Shown piece by piece: positions 28,105 through 38,428 of a stretch of DNA of 64,000 bases. A model generated the notes under the pieces. That model made no database searches, was not told where the DNA came from, and worked only from the letters and a program-made list of their open reading frames with translations. Source of the DNA: an uncultured Nitrospinaceae bacterium (lineage in GTDB: Bacteria > UBA8248); assembly GCA_964005815.1 (NCBI GenBank), contig CAXFSR010000043.1:128001-192000 (forward strand), in the 5' to 3' direction. The stretch's first letter is position 1, and every line of letters begins with the position of its first letter. A program made the translations under genes and the position numbers.

Positions 28105-29097
28105 TTACGACAACCCTGCTCTGTTACTTTCCTTTACTTGTCTATTCACTAAATTTATTGGCCACTCCCCAGAGAGTACACGCTTAACTTCATTAGGTGC
28201 TCCCTTTTGTAAACCAACCATAGATTCTTCGCTATACCAAGCAGCATGAGGATTAATAATAACATTCTCTCGATTTCTTAGTGGATGGGAATTAGGTAAA
28301 GGTTCAGGGTCGGTCGTGTCTAAAGCACAACCAGCAATTTTTCCATTGTCCAATGCTTTCACCAAAGCATCTGTTTCGATAATTGGACCTCTCGAACAAT
28401 TTACCAAATAAACAGAAGATTTCATTAAATCAAAAGCAGAATCATTAACCATACCTCTCGTTTCATCTATGAGTGGGGGATGAACTGAAATATAGTCAGA
28501 ATCTTTATACAATTCTTCTAATTCTACCTTTTTAGCAGGAATATCAAATTGACCATCTTCGACAAATGGGTCACTGAAGAGGATCTTCATTCCAAATGAA
28601 ACTGCTCTTTCAGCAACCATTCTTGCAATATTACCAAAACCAATTAGGCCCAGAGTACTACCAGACAAACGAAAAATTGGTTTGCCAGGAGGCACTTCCC
28701 ATTTTCCATTTCGTACAGATCTATCATAAAAAGAAACTTTCCTCGCAGTAGAAAGAAGAAGTGCCATAGTATGTTCCGCGACTTCTTCAATACAATACGT
28801 TGGATTATTAGTAACAATTATCCCACAATCAGTAGCAGCATCAAGATCAATAGTATCCACTCCTATACCATAACGTGCAATTATTTTACAATTTGACATC
28901 TTTTCCATATGCTCACGAGTTATTGGACCTGCATATGTATTTAATAAAGCCTCACAATCTGAAGCTTCTTCAATAAATTCGTCCGGTGACTTAGTTTGCA
29001 TAGCTATAATTTCACAAATTTCACCTAGAATCTCATTTTCCTGATCAAGATTATCCCAAACATAATCTGTGAGTACTACTTTAGACTTTCCCGACAT
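28105..29097 (-). CDS. D-2-hydroxyacid dehydrogenase (CtBP-like)
   Basis: RYGIGVD, GFGNIA, NCSRG, PHAAWYSE. Confidence 0.9.
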   Translation of the reverse strand: MSGKSKVVLTDYVWDNLDQENEILGEICEIIAMQTKSPDEFIEEASDCEALLNTYAGPITREHMEKMSNCKIIARYGIGVDTIDLDAATDCGIIVTNNPTYCIEEVAEHTMALLLSTARKVSFYDRSVRNGKWEVPPGKPIFRLSGSTLGLIGFGNIARMVAERAVSFGMKILFSDPFVEDGQFDIPAKKVELEELYKDSDYISVHPPLIDETRGMVNDSAFDLMKSSVYLVNCSRGPIIETDALVKALDNGKIAGCALDTTDPEPLPNSHPLRNRENVIINPHAAWYSEESMVGLQKGAPNEVKRVLSGEWPINLVNRQVKESNRAGLS

Positions 29098-29243
29098 AAT
29101 AATCCCCTTAAATCTTCTCTATTAGTAATAATCTCAGTCTTAGCTAATACGACATATTAAAACATAAAAAATTTTAAATTTCATTCTCTGATAAAAGATT
29201 ATATAATGACTCAACTATTAGTTTAGCCCTATAGGAATCTAAT

Positions 29244-29816
29244 TTGTACGATAAAACAATTCAAAACTTACGTCTTCATGCTGATGATTGTATTTTAGTT
29301 ATAGTAGATACACAGGAACGCTTAATGTCATCTATGGAAGAAAAAGTAAGGGTTCTGGTTTCAAAAAATATTTCTATATTAATTCAAGTAGCCCAATACT
29401 TAAAGATTCCCATAATAATCACAGAACAGTACCCAAAAGGCCTAGGGAAAACATTAAATGAAATAAGTTCTATCGCAACCAATATTATTCCTCTTGAGAA
29501 AATTTCATTCAGTTGTATGGGTTCTGAAGAATTTTCCAATTCAATAAGAAATCTAAAAAGAACCAAAATTTTATTAACTGGTGTTGAAACCCATATTTGC
29601 TGCTATCAGAGTACTCTAGACTTACTTGAAAGTGGATTTATTGTTCATGTCATCTCCGATGCGACATGTTCAAGAAATAAACATAATTGGCAAATTGCTC
29701 TAAACTCTCTAAAAGATGCTGGCTCGTATATTTCGACAACAGAACAAGTTATTTTTGATCTTGCTCGTGTTGCGGGAACTGATGTGTTTAAATTGATTTC
29801 ATCCTTAGTAAAATAG
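29244..29816 (+). CDS. Isochorismatase-family hydrolase
   Basis: VDTQERL, TEQYPKGLG, K.SFSC, GVETHIC. Confidence 0.9.
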   Translation: MYDKTIQNLRLHADDCILVIVDTQERLMSSMEEKVRVLVSKNISILIQVAQYLKIPIIITEQYPKGLGKTLNEISSIATNIIPLEKISFSCMGSEEFSNSIRNLKRTKILLTGVETHICCYQSTLDLLESGFIVHVISDATCSRNKHNWQIALNSLKDAGSYISTTEQVIFDLARVAGTDVFKLISSLVK

Positions 29817-29852
29817 AAATTCCAACAATTAAATTTTATTTGAAAGGTAACA

Positions 29853-30887
29853 ATGAAAGATTTAAATAAAGAAAAAATCAAAATTGCTGTGATTTATGGA
29901 GGAAGGTCAAAGGAACACGACGTAAGCGTTGAGTCTGGAGAGAGTATAATAGAAACACTCACAAATAATAATTCATACAAAGTATTCCCAATTCTAATAG
30001 ACAAAGAAGGAAAATGGTTTCTTACAGAAGAAGAAGTTTTTCCCTCCACATCTCCAAATAAAGAAGGCAATCTTGTCAAGAAAAACGGAGAAAAAATAAA
30101 AATAGATATTTTTTTTCCAATTCTTCACGGAAGGTATGGAGAAGATGGAACAATTCAGGGATTATTTGAGCTATCTGGAGCAAATTTTATAGGTTCGGAT
30201 TGTAGATCCTCCGCAATTTCAATCGACAAAGCTGTTACAAAAGCTATTCTTCGCTCATCGGGATTACCAGTACTTCCTTTTATTTCTTTTACTTCAAAAG
30301 AATGGAAAGAACAAAAAGAAAAAATTCTTACAAATTTAGAAAATACTATTGAAACCCCACTTTTTATTAAACCTGTTGCACAGGGAAGTAGTTTCGGTGT
30401 TCACTTTGTAAGAGAAAAATCCAATATTGAAAATATAATTGAAAAATCCTTCGAATTTGACGATAAGATCATGATAGAAGAATTCGCTGACGGAAGAGAG
30501 ATTGAATGCGCTATTCTAGAGAATAGAGAAAATAACCCGTCAATCCTATCAAGTCCTTTAATGGAGATAATTCCAAAAAGTGAATGGTATGATTTTGATT
30601 CTAAATACACCGACGGAATGGCGGATTTAATAATTCCTGCAGAGTTAGATGAATCTACAAAAAAGAAAATACAAGAATATGCGAAATCTGCATTCAGGAT
30701 TATTGGATGTTCTGACCTAGCAAGAGTTGATTTTTTTTACAGAGAAGCAGAAGGCGAAATATTCATCAATGAAGTCAACACTCTCCCAGGTTTTACCAAA
30801 TTAAGTGGTTTTCCAAAAATGATAGATGCAGCAGGAATTTCTTACGAAATGATGATAGAAATTTTAATAGAAAATAACAGAAAATAA
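29853..30887 (+). CDS. ddl: D-alanine--D-alanine ligase
   Basis: GGRSKEHDVS, LHGRYGEDG, GSS.GV, YDFDSKY, NEVNTLPGFT. Confidence 0.93.
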   Translation: MKDLNKEKIKIAVIYGGRSKEHDVSVESGESIIETLTNNNSYKVFPILIDKEGKWFLTEEEVFPSTSPNKEGNLVKKNGEKIKIDIFFPILHGRYGEDGTIQGLFELSGANFIGSDCRSSAISIDKAVTKAILRSSGLPVLPFISFTSKEWKEQKEKILTNLENTIETPLFIKPVAQGSSFGVHFVREKSNIENIIEKSFEFDDKIMIEEFADGREIECAILENRENNPSILSSPLMEIIPKSEWYDFDSKYTDGMADLIIPAELDESTKKKIQEYAKSAFRIIGCSDLARVDFFYREAEGEIFINEVNTLPGFTKLSGFPKMIDAAGISYEMMIEILIENNRK

Positions 30888-30933
30888 TTTATTTTCAAAT
30901 ATTTACAAATTTAAGTTAACACAAATTCTATAT

Positions 30934-31842
30934 TTATTGTGTATAAATACTCTCTCTCGTTGAGGGATTATCATACTTTCCTTCTTTAATTGAAAATTTT
31001 TGCAAAAGCACTTGATACAAACCCAGTCCTCCTCGATAAAATGCAGTAGATGAGCATACTAGCCATAGCCTATATATCCTATATATTCGCTCTCCAACCA
31101 TATCTCTAATCTTTTCTGCGTGTTCTTCAAGATTATGAAACCAATCACGACACGTTTTTGCATAATGTAATCGCAAATTCTCTACATCAAGAATTTCCCA
31201 TCTTTCTTGCTCCATCACATTCATAATATTTGTTATATTATCTAATTCTCCGTTTGGGAAAACATTTTTTTGGAGAAAATCATTCTGACTTGTTTCAACC
31301 CGAAACTTTTGACAAGTGATCCCATGGTTCAGAAATAGACCATCATCTTCTAATCTGTTTCTTACATTCTTAAAGAAAGAAGGATAATTTGCAATTCCTA
31401 TATGTTCGATTATTCCAATAGCAGATATCTTAGAAAACTTCTTTTCTAAGGGAAAATCTCTATAATCCATATGCAAAACTCTACATCTATCAGACAAACC
31501 TTCCCTCTTAATCCAATCACTAGCCCACTTAGCTTGTTCTTTCGAAAGAGTGACCCCAGTCGCATTTACTCCATAATGTTTGGATGCCCAAATCGCTAAA
31601 CTCCCCCAACCGCAACCAATATCTAAATATGAGTCTTTAGAATGCATACGCAATTTCTTGCAAATCAAATCCATTTTATCTTTTTGGGCATTTTCTAATG
31701 TTTTTTCAGCAGATCTGTAATATGCACACGTATAGAGCATATTCTCGCACAGAAGCAATTTATAAAATTCGTTAGAAAGATCATAATGAAATGAAATTGC
31801 TTGGGCATCTGTTGTTTTAGTTCGGTTTTCTTTAATACTCAT
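30934..31842 (-). CDS. Cfa/CMAS-family fatty-acyl methyltransferase, catalytic domain
   Basis: HYDLSNEFY, YTCAYY, LDIGCGWG, GVTLS.EQ, HYAKT. Confidence 0.9.
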   Translation of the reverse strand: MSIKENRTKTTDAQAISFHYDLSNEFYKLLLCENMLYTCAYYRSAEKTLENAQKDKMDLICKKLRMHSKDSYLDIGCGWGSLAIWASKHYGVNATGVTLSKEQAKWASDWIKREGLSDRCRVLHMDYRDFPLEKKFSKISAIGIIEHIGIANYPSFFKNVRNRLEDDGLFLNHGITCQKFRVETSQNDFLQKNVFPNGELDNITNIMNVMEQERWEILDVENLRLHYAKTCRDWFHNLEEHAEKIRDMVGERIYRIYRLWLVCSSTAFYRGGLGLYQVLLQKFSIKEGKYDNPSTRESIYTQ

Positions 31843-31854
31843 TTTTCCCTCAAA

Positions 31855-32982
31855 TCATCCTATCCCGAACGCGCCCTCTAAAACAAAACGCCTTCTTAAC
31901 CAAGCATTCTTACACATTATCTTCGCGATATTTTGTGTAAAATTACTAGGCAATAATTCTATAAACTTATCCCCCAAGGTAATCTGACCATTCCCATAAA
32001 GTGTGTAAATTTGTTCTTGATAGTTATCAAGACTTTTATAAGAATCAAGAAAATCTATTATATTCTCGCTTGCCAAATTTGAACTCTTAATTGCCGGACC
32101 TATACCCTCACCACTGAAATCTTGGGCGAGACCAGCAGCATCTCCAACTAGTAGAAATCTTTCACCTATAATACTCCTAACAGATGTTCTATATATAGAA
32201 TACGCATGTCCTTTAAATTTAGTAAGACAAATTCCTTCTCTTATCCTTCCAGATTTTCTGAGAATTCCCAAAAATCTTTTTAATCTTTCGTGAACACTTG
32301 GTTCTTTTCCAATACAACCTACTCCAATATTAAGATAATCGCCTTTCGTAAAATACCAAGCATATCCATTAAAATCAGGTTCCGGAAACAACTCAGGCAA
32401 ACCATAATTTGGAGCAATTGATTCCAAGACATTAGTACCTATATTTGTTTCACTCTCTTGTGTTAAAACAACCGATTCCTCTGATGAAATTGAACCAGAA
32501 ATTCTTGCAACTGGACAAGTATGCCCACCTGCTCCAACAACAATGGTAGATTTAAATTCTTCTTTATCTGAATAAATCGTAACTGAATCATTGTTAAATT
32601 TTATATTTCGGACACGCACTCCGCAACGGACATCCACACCTTCTTCTTTTGCTCGATTCAATAAAAAATGATCAAATTCATATCGGATGATTCCATAACT
32701 AGCGGGTTCATCCCACTTTGTCTCATAAGACTTACCTTCACAATCAATAAATATCGAAGAAAATGGTTGAATCGTTAAGGGATAGTCATCTGGATCTAAT
32801 TCAAGGTCAATCAACGCCTGCTTCGTAACCCAACCAGCACATAATTTAACACGAGGAAACATTGAAGAGTCTAATAGTAAAACTTTTTTTTTGGATAAAG
32901 CAAGTTTTCTGGCAACGGTACTGCCAGCAGGACCTCCACCTACGACAATCACATCCCACAATTTTGAATTTACAACATCCAT
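31855..32982 (-). CDS. Geranylgeranyl-reductase-like FAD-dependent oxidoreductase
   Basis: VGGGPAGS, FPRVKLCAG, R.EFD, GYAWYF, LVGDAAG, GEGI. Confidence 0.88.
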   Translation of the reverse strand: MDVVNSKLWDVIVVGGGPAGSTVARKLALSKKKVLLLDSSMFPRVKLCAGWVTKQALIDLELDPDDYPLTIQPFSSIFIDCEGKSYETKWDEPASYGIIRYEFDHFLLNRAKEEGVDVRCGVRVRNIKFNNDSVTIYSDKEEFKSTIVVGAGGHTCPVARISGSISSEESVVLTQESETNIGTNVLESIAPNYGLPELFPEPDFNGYAWYFTKGDYLNIGVGCIGKEPSVHERLKRFLGILRKSGRIREGICLTKFKGHAYSIYRTSVRSIIGERFLLVGDAAGLAQDFSGEGIGPAIKSSNLASENIIDFLDSYKSLDNYQEQIYTLYGNGQITLGDKFIELLPSNFTQNIAKIMCKNAWLRRRFVLEGAFGIG

Positions 32983-33323
32983 ATTTTTATTCCAAAAATT
33001 ATTTTTTTCATAAATGAAATCTCTAAATAATCAAAGCAATCTGCTGCTGCAATCGACTCAAACAAATCTCCTTCTATATCTATCAACTGATCACAATATG
33101 CCTCCGCAAAATTTGCGGCCGAGGGATTTAATAAAATTTTTTTTAAAATTTTCATAGATGAAAAATGAATCTTTACAGGTTGAACTTTTCTACCAACTTC
33201 GATTTGAGTACCGTCCCACAAAACGAATGTCAGTCCATATTCAAGATCAGAAAACAAGGAAGTCAGAATCTCAGAAAGCTTAGAAGTTCCACCATTTTCT
33301 AAAGATTTCATTTGTGTAGTCAT
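32970..33323 (-). CDS. Stand-alone Cfa N-terminal-like domain protein
   Basis: LWDG...LLNPS..NFAEAY....IDIEGDL pattern typical of long Cfa N-termini; alternative start at 33335. Confidence 0.65.
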   Translation of the reverse strand: MTTQMKSLENGGTSKLSEILTSLFSDLEYGLTFVLWDGTQIEVGRKVQPVKIHFSSMKILKKILLNPSAANFAEAYCDQLIDIEGDLFESIAAADCFDYLEISFMKKIIFGIKIWML

Positions 33324-33427
33324 ATTGGCCACCAAAATGTGTTCTTTTATTGAAAATTTATTTTAAAAATACGACAATATGAAGTCAATAGTTCTTTTTG
33401 AAGAGTATCAAAAAATGTAGGGGTAGA

Positions 33428-34267
33428 TTAAAAATTAATAGTCACTAATACAACACCGATTACTATTGTAATTGATGCTAACACTACTCGAGGTGTTATT
33501 TTTTCTTTGTTTCCTAAAATTAATGGCGCAAGAAAAAGAGTGAACAATGGAACTGTTGCAACTAATGGAGAAACTTTATAAACCTCGCTCTTGCTTAGCG
33601 CAAAAAGCAGAGTGAATTGAGCAGATGCCATTGCAATTCCTGAAAGAATAAAATTTCTACTACTTCTTGAATTAAAAATAAATGGCTGCCAATTATTACT
33701 CAATTTCAAGAAAATAGGCCCGAAAATAGATGCTGACAAACCTTGAGTAAATCCTGCAAGCAATAAAGATGTATGAGGTTCAATACCTGTTTTCCTTAGA
33801 GCATGAGCCAATCCAAAACACATTGCAGAAATTAGAGGAAGGAAAAGAAACTTCGATCTTCCCATTTTCTTTCTGTCTCCTCCCGAAATAAAAACTATGC
33901 CCATAACCACAAGAATGATTCCAATCCAAACAAAAAGAGATGGCCTTTCTCCAAGAATAAAAAAGGCAGACAATGCCCCGAAGATTGCATGGGTGTTCGA
34001 AACTGCATTTGTTCTAGCAACTCCAATACGTTCTATAGACATAAAAAGAAATAATAAAGAAAGAGCGGGAGACGACAATCCAGCTAAAATAAAAAACCAC
34101 ATATTGTTTGCAAATGTAAAATTTGAGAAGTCCACAAAAAAGAGTGAAAATGCAAAAAGAAGAAATTGAGTTTGCAAGACTACAAAACTACCTGTTTGCG
34201 GGGTACTAGAATCCAACCCTCTTCGAGTTAGTATGCTTGATAAAGCAAAGAAAAAAGCGGGAATCAA
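33428..34267 (-). CDS. EamA/DMT family transporter
   Basis: About 10 TM, two repeats (ILGER, LGNKEKIT); the start may extend to ATA at 34282. Confidence 0.85.
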   Translation of the reverse strand: MIPAFFFALSSILTRRGLDSSTPQTGSFVVLQTQFLLFAFSLFFVDFSNFTFANNMWFFILAGLSSPALSLLFLFMSIERIGVARTNAVSNTHAIFGALSAFFILGERPSLFVWIGIILVVMGIVFISGGDRKKMGRSKFLFLPLISAMCFGLAHALRKTGIEPHTSLLLAGFTQGLSASIFGPIFLKLSNNWQPFIFNSRSSRNFILSGIAMASAQFTLLFALSKSEVYKVSPLVATVPLFTLFLAPLILGNKEKITPRVVLASITIVIGVVLVTINF

Positions 34268-34313
34268 CCCAAGAAAATCTATTGTCTAATCTCCTTTAAC
34301 ATATAAGATTTAA

Positions 34314-35276
34314 TTATATTTCTCCGAAGACTTCTGAATTTACTAGACCTAAGGGCATCAATCCAGAAAGAGCGTCTGTAAGGTTTTTGCAGGTTTTCTC
34401 AATTGCAAGATTCTGTGTTTCAGGAGTTCTCGATGAGTTATGAGGTGAAATAAAAACGTTTTCAAGACTCCATAAAGGATGATTCTTTGGAAGTGGCTCT
34501 GGATCTGTAACATCCAATCCTGCCCCATAAATCTTTCCTGATTTGATCCCATAATAAAGATCATCAGTTACTACTATTTCACCTCTAGAAACATTAACAA
34601 GTATACAATTTTCTTTCATAAGACTTATAGTTTCCTTGCAGATCAAACCTCTTGTTTCCTTTACTAAAGGCAAAGACAAAACAATAAAGTCTGAAATCCT
34701 AAATATGGTTTCTAAAGATACAAACTTAATTTCAATACCTTTGCAAATAGAAGAATCCGGAGTCCTAGTATTTACGTAAATTTCCATCCCAAAACCTTTT
34801 GCAATTTGAGCAACATGCAATCCAATATTTCCTAGACCAACTATCCCTATTTTCTTTTTTGCAAGCTGAACTCCAAGTGTATGCTTCCATTCTTCTTGCG
34901 CATCACGCATCCAAGCATGGCGTGAAATATGTAAAATCATAAGAAAAACATGTTCAGAAACTGCCTGCCCTCTCACTCCTTCTACATTACAGACCATCAC
35001 TCTCGACTCAGTTGCAAATTTCAAATCTATATTGTCTATTCCTGCACCCGGTTTTACAATGACTTTTAAATTGGTCGCTTGAGAAATCATTTCTCTTGTA
35101 ACTTGAGAAAAGACGGTGACAATGGCATCCGTTTCTGGCAAATAGTGTTTTAAAACATCTATTTCAAAACTTTCTGGATATATTATCTCATTTCCAGTCC
35201 CATTCATCTTTTTTTGTAATTCTAATTTCCAAGCAGGGGACGTGAGCAATGGATCTACAGCCAAAATCCTTCCCAA
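34314..35276 (-). CDS. D-2-hydroxyacid dehydrogenase
   Basis: GAGIDNID, GLGNIG, NVSRG, LDVTDPEP, SPH. Confidence 0.9.
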   Translation of the reverse strand: MGRILAVDPLLTSPAWKLELQKKMNGTGNEIIYPESFEIDVLKHYLPETDAIVTVFSQVTREMISQATNLKVIVKPGAGIDNIDLKFATESRVMVCNVEGVRGQAVSEHVFLMILHISRHAWMRDAQEEWKHTLGVQLAKKKIGIVGLGNIGLHVAQIAKGFGMEIYVNTRTPDSSICKGIEIKFVSLETIFRISDFIVLSLPLVKETRGLICKETISLMKENCILVNVSRGEIVVTDDLYYGIKSGKIYGAGLDVTDPEPLPKNHPLWSLENVFISPHNSSRTPETQNLAIEKTCKNLTDALSGLMPLGLVNSEVFGEI

Positions 35277-35297
35277 AACATTCTCCTCTTTACCAGT

Positions 35298-36329
35298 TCA
35301 CTCTTCGTTCAGGATTTCTTTTATAGACACAGATCTTTTTTGTTGATCGCTCAGCAGAATCGCTCTCATAATCGCGAGAGCACGCAATCCTTGAATACCA
35401 GATACTTCCGGTTCCTCATGATTGCGGATCGCAGAATGTAAATCTACAAATTGTTCTTTATTAGCTAAGTTACGACCATTAATAAAATCTAAATCTAGAT
35501 TTATGTATTCCGCTTCCCATGCTTCCTGTCCCTCTCTTTGAATTCTTGGCATATGCGAATTAGACATAAGTAGATTTGCTTTAGAACCTTGAATTTCAAA
35601 AGTAAAAGACATCGGGGAAAGATAAGAGCCAGAAATAATTGCTATCTGCCCAGTACTAAAACGTAAGATAGATGCAGCTGAATCTTTTGTCATGGAAGGA
35701 CCACCAACTTTGCCACAATTGGCGGTAACTTCAACAACTTCCCCAAACAAAAACTCCATCACATCTGCAAGATGAATAGTATAACTATACAGAGGTCCAC
35801 CTGGATTCTCTAACGGATCCCATCTCAGACTTTCTGCACCTGCAACAAGACCTAAGTTTCCTGAAAATTGAGACATAGCAATGCTTACCATTCCTAAATT
35901 ACCCTTGGAAACATACTCTTTTGCAATACGGAACATAGGCCATCTTCTAAAATTTTGTCCAATATGTAGTTTTACATTTTCTTCTTCACATACACGAATA
36001 ATTTCTTTCGCCTCTGATATTTTCAAAGACATCGGCTTTTCAAGGTGGATATGTTTTCCCGCACGTGCAGAAGATATCGCATGTTCAAAATGAACACCAT
36101 TAGAAGACGCTATAACTACTGCTTCAATATTCTTGTTTTCAAGAAGATTATTTAAGGAAGAGTGGTTCTCAGTATGAAATTTTTCGGCAAATTTCTCTCT
36201 CGATTTTTTAGTTCTAGCAAAACATCCTTCTATTTTTGCCGATTTAGATTCTAAAGCTGCCTCAGCAAGAACACTTCCCCACCATCCGAGACCAACGAAA
36301 CCTAAACCTATTGGATTTTCAATTGACAA
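35298..36329 (-). CDS. Gfo/Idh/MocA oxidoreductase
   Basis: GLGWWG, EKPM, IHLAD. Confidence 0.9.
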   Translation of the reverse strand: MSIENPIGLGFVGLGWWGSVLAEAALESKSAKIEGCFARTKKSREKFAEKFHTENHSSLNNLLENKNIEAVVIASSNGVHFEHAISSARAGKHIHLEKPMSLKISEAKEIIRVCEEENVKLHIGQNFRRWPMFRIAKEYVSKGNLGMVSIAMSQFSGNLGLVAGAESLRWDPLENPGGPLYSYTIHLADVMEFLFGEVVEVTANCGKVGGPSMTKDSAASILRFSTGQIAIISGSYLSPMSFTFEIQGSKANLLMSNSHMPRIQREGQEAWEAEYINLDLDFINGRNLANKEQFVDLHSAIRNHEEPEVSGIQGLRALAIMRAILLSDQQKRSVSIKEILNEE

Positions 36330-36338
36330 TTAAGACAC

Positions 36339-37430
36339 TCACTCGATAATTTTTAACTCAGGAACACTTGTTGGCGCAGAGGAATTAACTATTGCAATTT
36401 GCAATGCAACATTTCTAGCGGCTTCCTTAAAAGCTTGCGCTACGGGATTCTGATTTTCACTAGCAACTATTGGAGAACCTTGATCTCCACCAAGACGAAC
36501 TTTTACATCTAGCGGAATTGAACCTAGGAAAGGAACCTCATATTTCTCTGCTGCCCTCTCCCCACCACCTGTATCGAAAATATTTTCTCGATGATTACAG
36601 GAAGGACATTCGTAATAACTCATATTTTCAATAATACCAAGAATAGGAACATCCGTTTTACGAAACATTTGCAATCCTTTTCTAGCATCCAACAGAGCTA
36701 TATCTTGTGGAGTAGAAACAATCACTGCTCCTGCTAGTGAAACTTGTTGAACTATTGTCAATTGCGCATCTCCAGTACCAGGAGGAAGATCAAGAATCAA
36801 ATAATCCAAATCTCCCCAAACCGTTTCTGACAAAAACTGAGTCAAAGCCTTCATCACCATAGGCCCCCTCCAAATTACTGGACTATCTTCGTCAATTAAA
36901 AATCCCATAGACATTACTCTTACTCCATGGGCTTCTAAAGGATAGATACGATTTTTTTCATCTGCATGAGGTCTTTCGTTTGGAATCCCAAGCATTAAAG
37001 GTTGACTAGGTCCATATATGTCAGCGTCTAGAATACCAACATCAGCACCCTCTGAAGATAAGGCAAGAGCTATATTCACAGCGACGGTTGATTTACCCAC
37101 TCCACCTTTTCCGCTGGCTACAGCCAAGATGTTTTTTACTCCAGGTACAGACATCTTACCAGGAGTAACAGCAGAAGAAGCAATATTACTTGCAAGACGC
37201 ACATTCACACTTTTAACTCCTTCAAGTGTTCCAACAGCCATCTTACATTCTTCTAAAAACTGGTCTTTTCTTGGATGTGCAGGAGTAATTAATTCTAGAG
37301 TAAATGCAACAGAATCTCCACAAATTTGAATATCTTTAATCATTTTAAGACTTACAAGATCTTTACCAAGATCCGGATCTTTAATCTTAGTCAATGCATC
37401 TAAAACATGACTCTCGCTTACCTCTTGCAT
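36339..37430 (-). CDS. mrp: Mrp/ApbC (NBP35) Fe-S cluster carrier ATPase
   Basis: DUF59 N-domain, GKGGVGKST, DADIYGPS, DLPPGTGD, ENMS..CPSC; ATG 37430 fits the AAGGAG RBS. Confidence 0.93.
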   Translation of the reverse strand: MQEVSESHVLDALTKIKDPDLGKDLVSLKMIKDIQICGDSVAFTLELITPAHPRKDQFLEECKMAVGTLEGVKSVNVRLASNIASSAVTPGKMSVPGVKNILAVASGKGGVGKSTVAVNIALALSSEGADVGILDADIYGPSQPLMLGIPNERPHADEKNRIYPLEAHGVRVMSMGFLIDEDSPVIWRGPMVMKALTQFLSETVWGDLDYLILDLPPGTGDAQLTIVQQVSLAGAVIVSTPQDIALLDARKGLQMFRKTDVPILGIIENMSYYECPSCNHRENIFDTGGGERAAEKYEVPFLGSIPLDVKVRLGGDQGSPIVASENQNPVAQAFKEAARNVALQIAIVNSSAPTSVPELKIIE

Positions 37431-37538
37431 TTCCAACTCCTTATGAACAAACTAAAAAAATTCTTTTAATTAAAAAAAATAGTTATAACATTTTCTATTC
37501 TAAAACATTGAGAAAACAAAATGAAACAATATTGAGAC

Positions 37539-37567
37539 TTGAGACGAAATATTCTAGCAATTATAAT
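37539..37567 (+). promoter_or_regulatory. Sigma70-type promoter of etfBA
   Basis: TTGAGA-N17-TATAAT. Confidence 0.6.
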
Positions 37568-37617
37568 TCTATCCGTTTTATGATTTAATCTACAGATTAA
37601 CTAAGGAGTCGAAAAAG

Positions 37618-38418
37618 TTGAATATCATAGTTTGTATTAAACAAGTCCAGGATCCAGATATTCCACCTAGAGATTTTAAGGTCGATGAAGAAAAAATGGA
37701 GATCTTGCCGCCTGCAAATGTCTCTCCTGTGATCAGCACCTTTGATGAGAATGCTGTTGAAGAAGCAATAGCACTTAAAGAAGAACACGGAGGTAAAGTT
37801 ACTGTAGTTACCGTTGGCCCTGAAAATTGCAAAGACTCGTTAAAAAAATGTTTAGCTATGGGTTGTGATGATGCAATCCTCCTCAATGATAGTTGTTTTG
37901 AAAACTCCGATGCTTTTGGGATTGCTCGTATATTAGCAGCTGCAATTAAAAAAGTAGGAGAATTTGACATAATCTTATGCGGAAGATTAAGTAGTGACTG
38001 GGGATTTGGATCTACAGGTCTTGCTTTAGCAGAGGCTCTTGGCCTTCCGAGTGTAGGCCAATTACAAAAAATTACTGTAGAAGGAACAGAATTGATTTGT
38101 GAAAGAGCACTTGAGGATGGTGTAGAAGTTGTGAAAGTAAAAACACCTTGCCTGCTAACCGTCAGTAATGAGATAAATACTCCTCGATTACCTTCTGTAA
38201 AAGGCATTCTCATGGCCTCCCGCAAACAACTACCTATCTGGAAAAGCACAGACATAGATGTAGATGAATCAAAGATAGGAGACTCTGCAAACACTTTAGA
38301 ACTTACTAAACTTTACAAACCTGTATTTACCGGCAACTGTGAATTTATTGAAGATGAAAGTCTGGAAGAAGCTGCTAAAAAATTAGCTATGCGTCTTCGC
38401 GAAGACAAAATCATTTAG
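37618..38418 (+). CDS. etfB: Electron transfer flavoprotein beta subunit
   Basis: VCIKQV.D, FDENAVEEA, AMGCD, NTPRLPS. Confidence 0.93.
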   Translation: MNIIVCIKQVQDPDIPPRDFKVDEEKMEILPPANVSPVISTFDENAVEEAIALKEEHGGKVTVVTVGPENCKDSLKKCLAMGCDDAILLNDSCFENSDAFGIARILAAAIKKVGEFDIILCGRLSSDWGFGSTGLALAEALGLPSVGQLQKITVEGTELICERALEDGVEVVKVKTPCLLTVSNEINTPRLPSVKGILMASRKQLPIWKSTDIDVDESKIGDSANTLELTKLYKPVFTGNCEFIEDESLEEAAKKLAMRLREDKII

Positions 38419-38428
38419 GAGACTGACA

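Noticed and set aside
29853..30887. Possible VanA-type D-Ala-D-Lac ligase near D-hydroxyacid dehydrogenases
   Set aside because: The omega loop reads YDFDSKY (Ddl type), there is no vanX, and the dehydrogenases are not co-oriented with it
37590..38294. 234-aa minus-strand ORF
   Set aside because: Antisense shadow of etfB with no recognisable motifs
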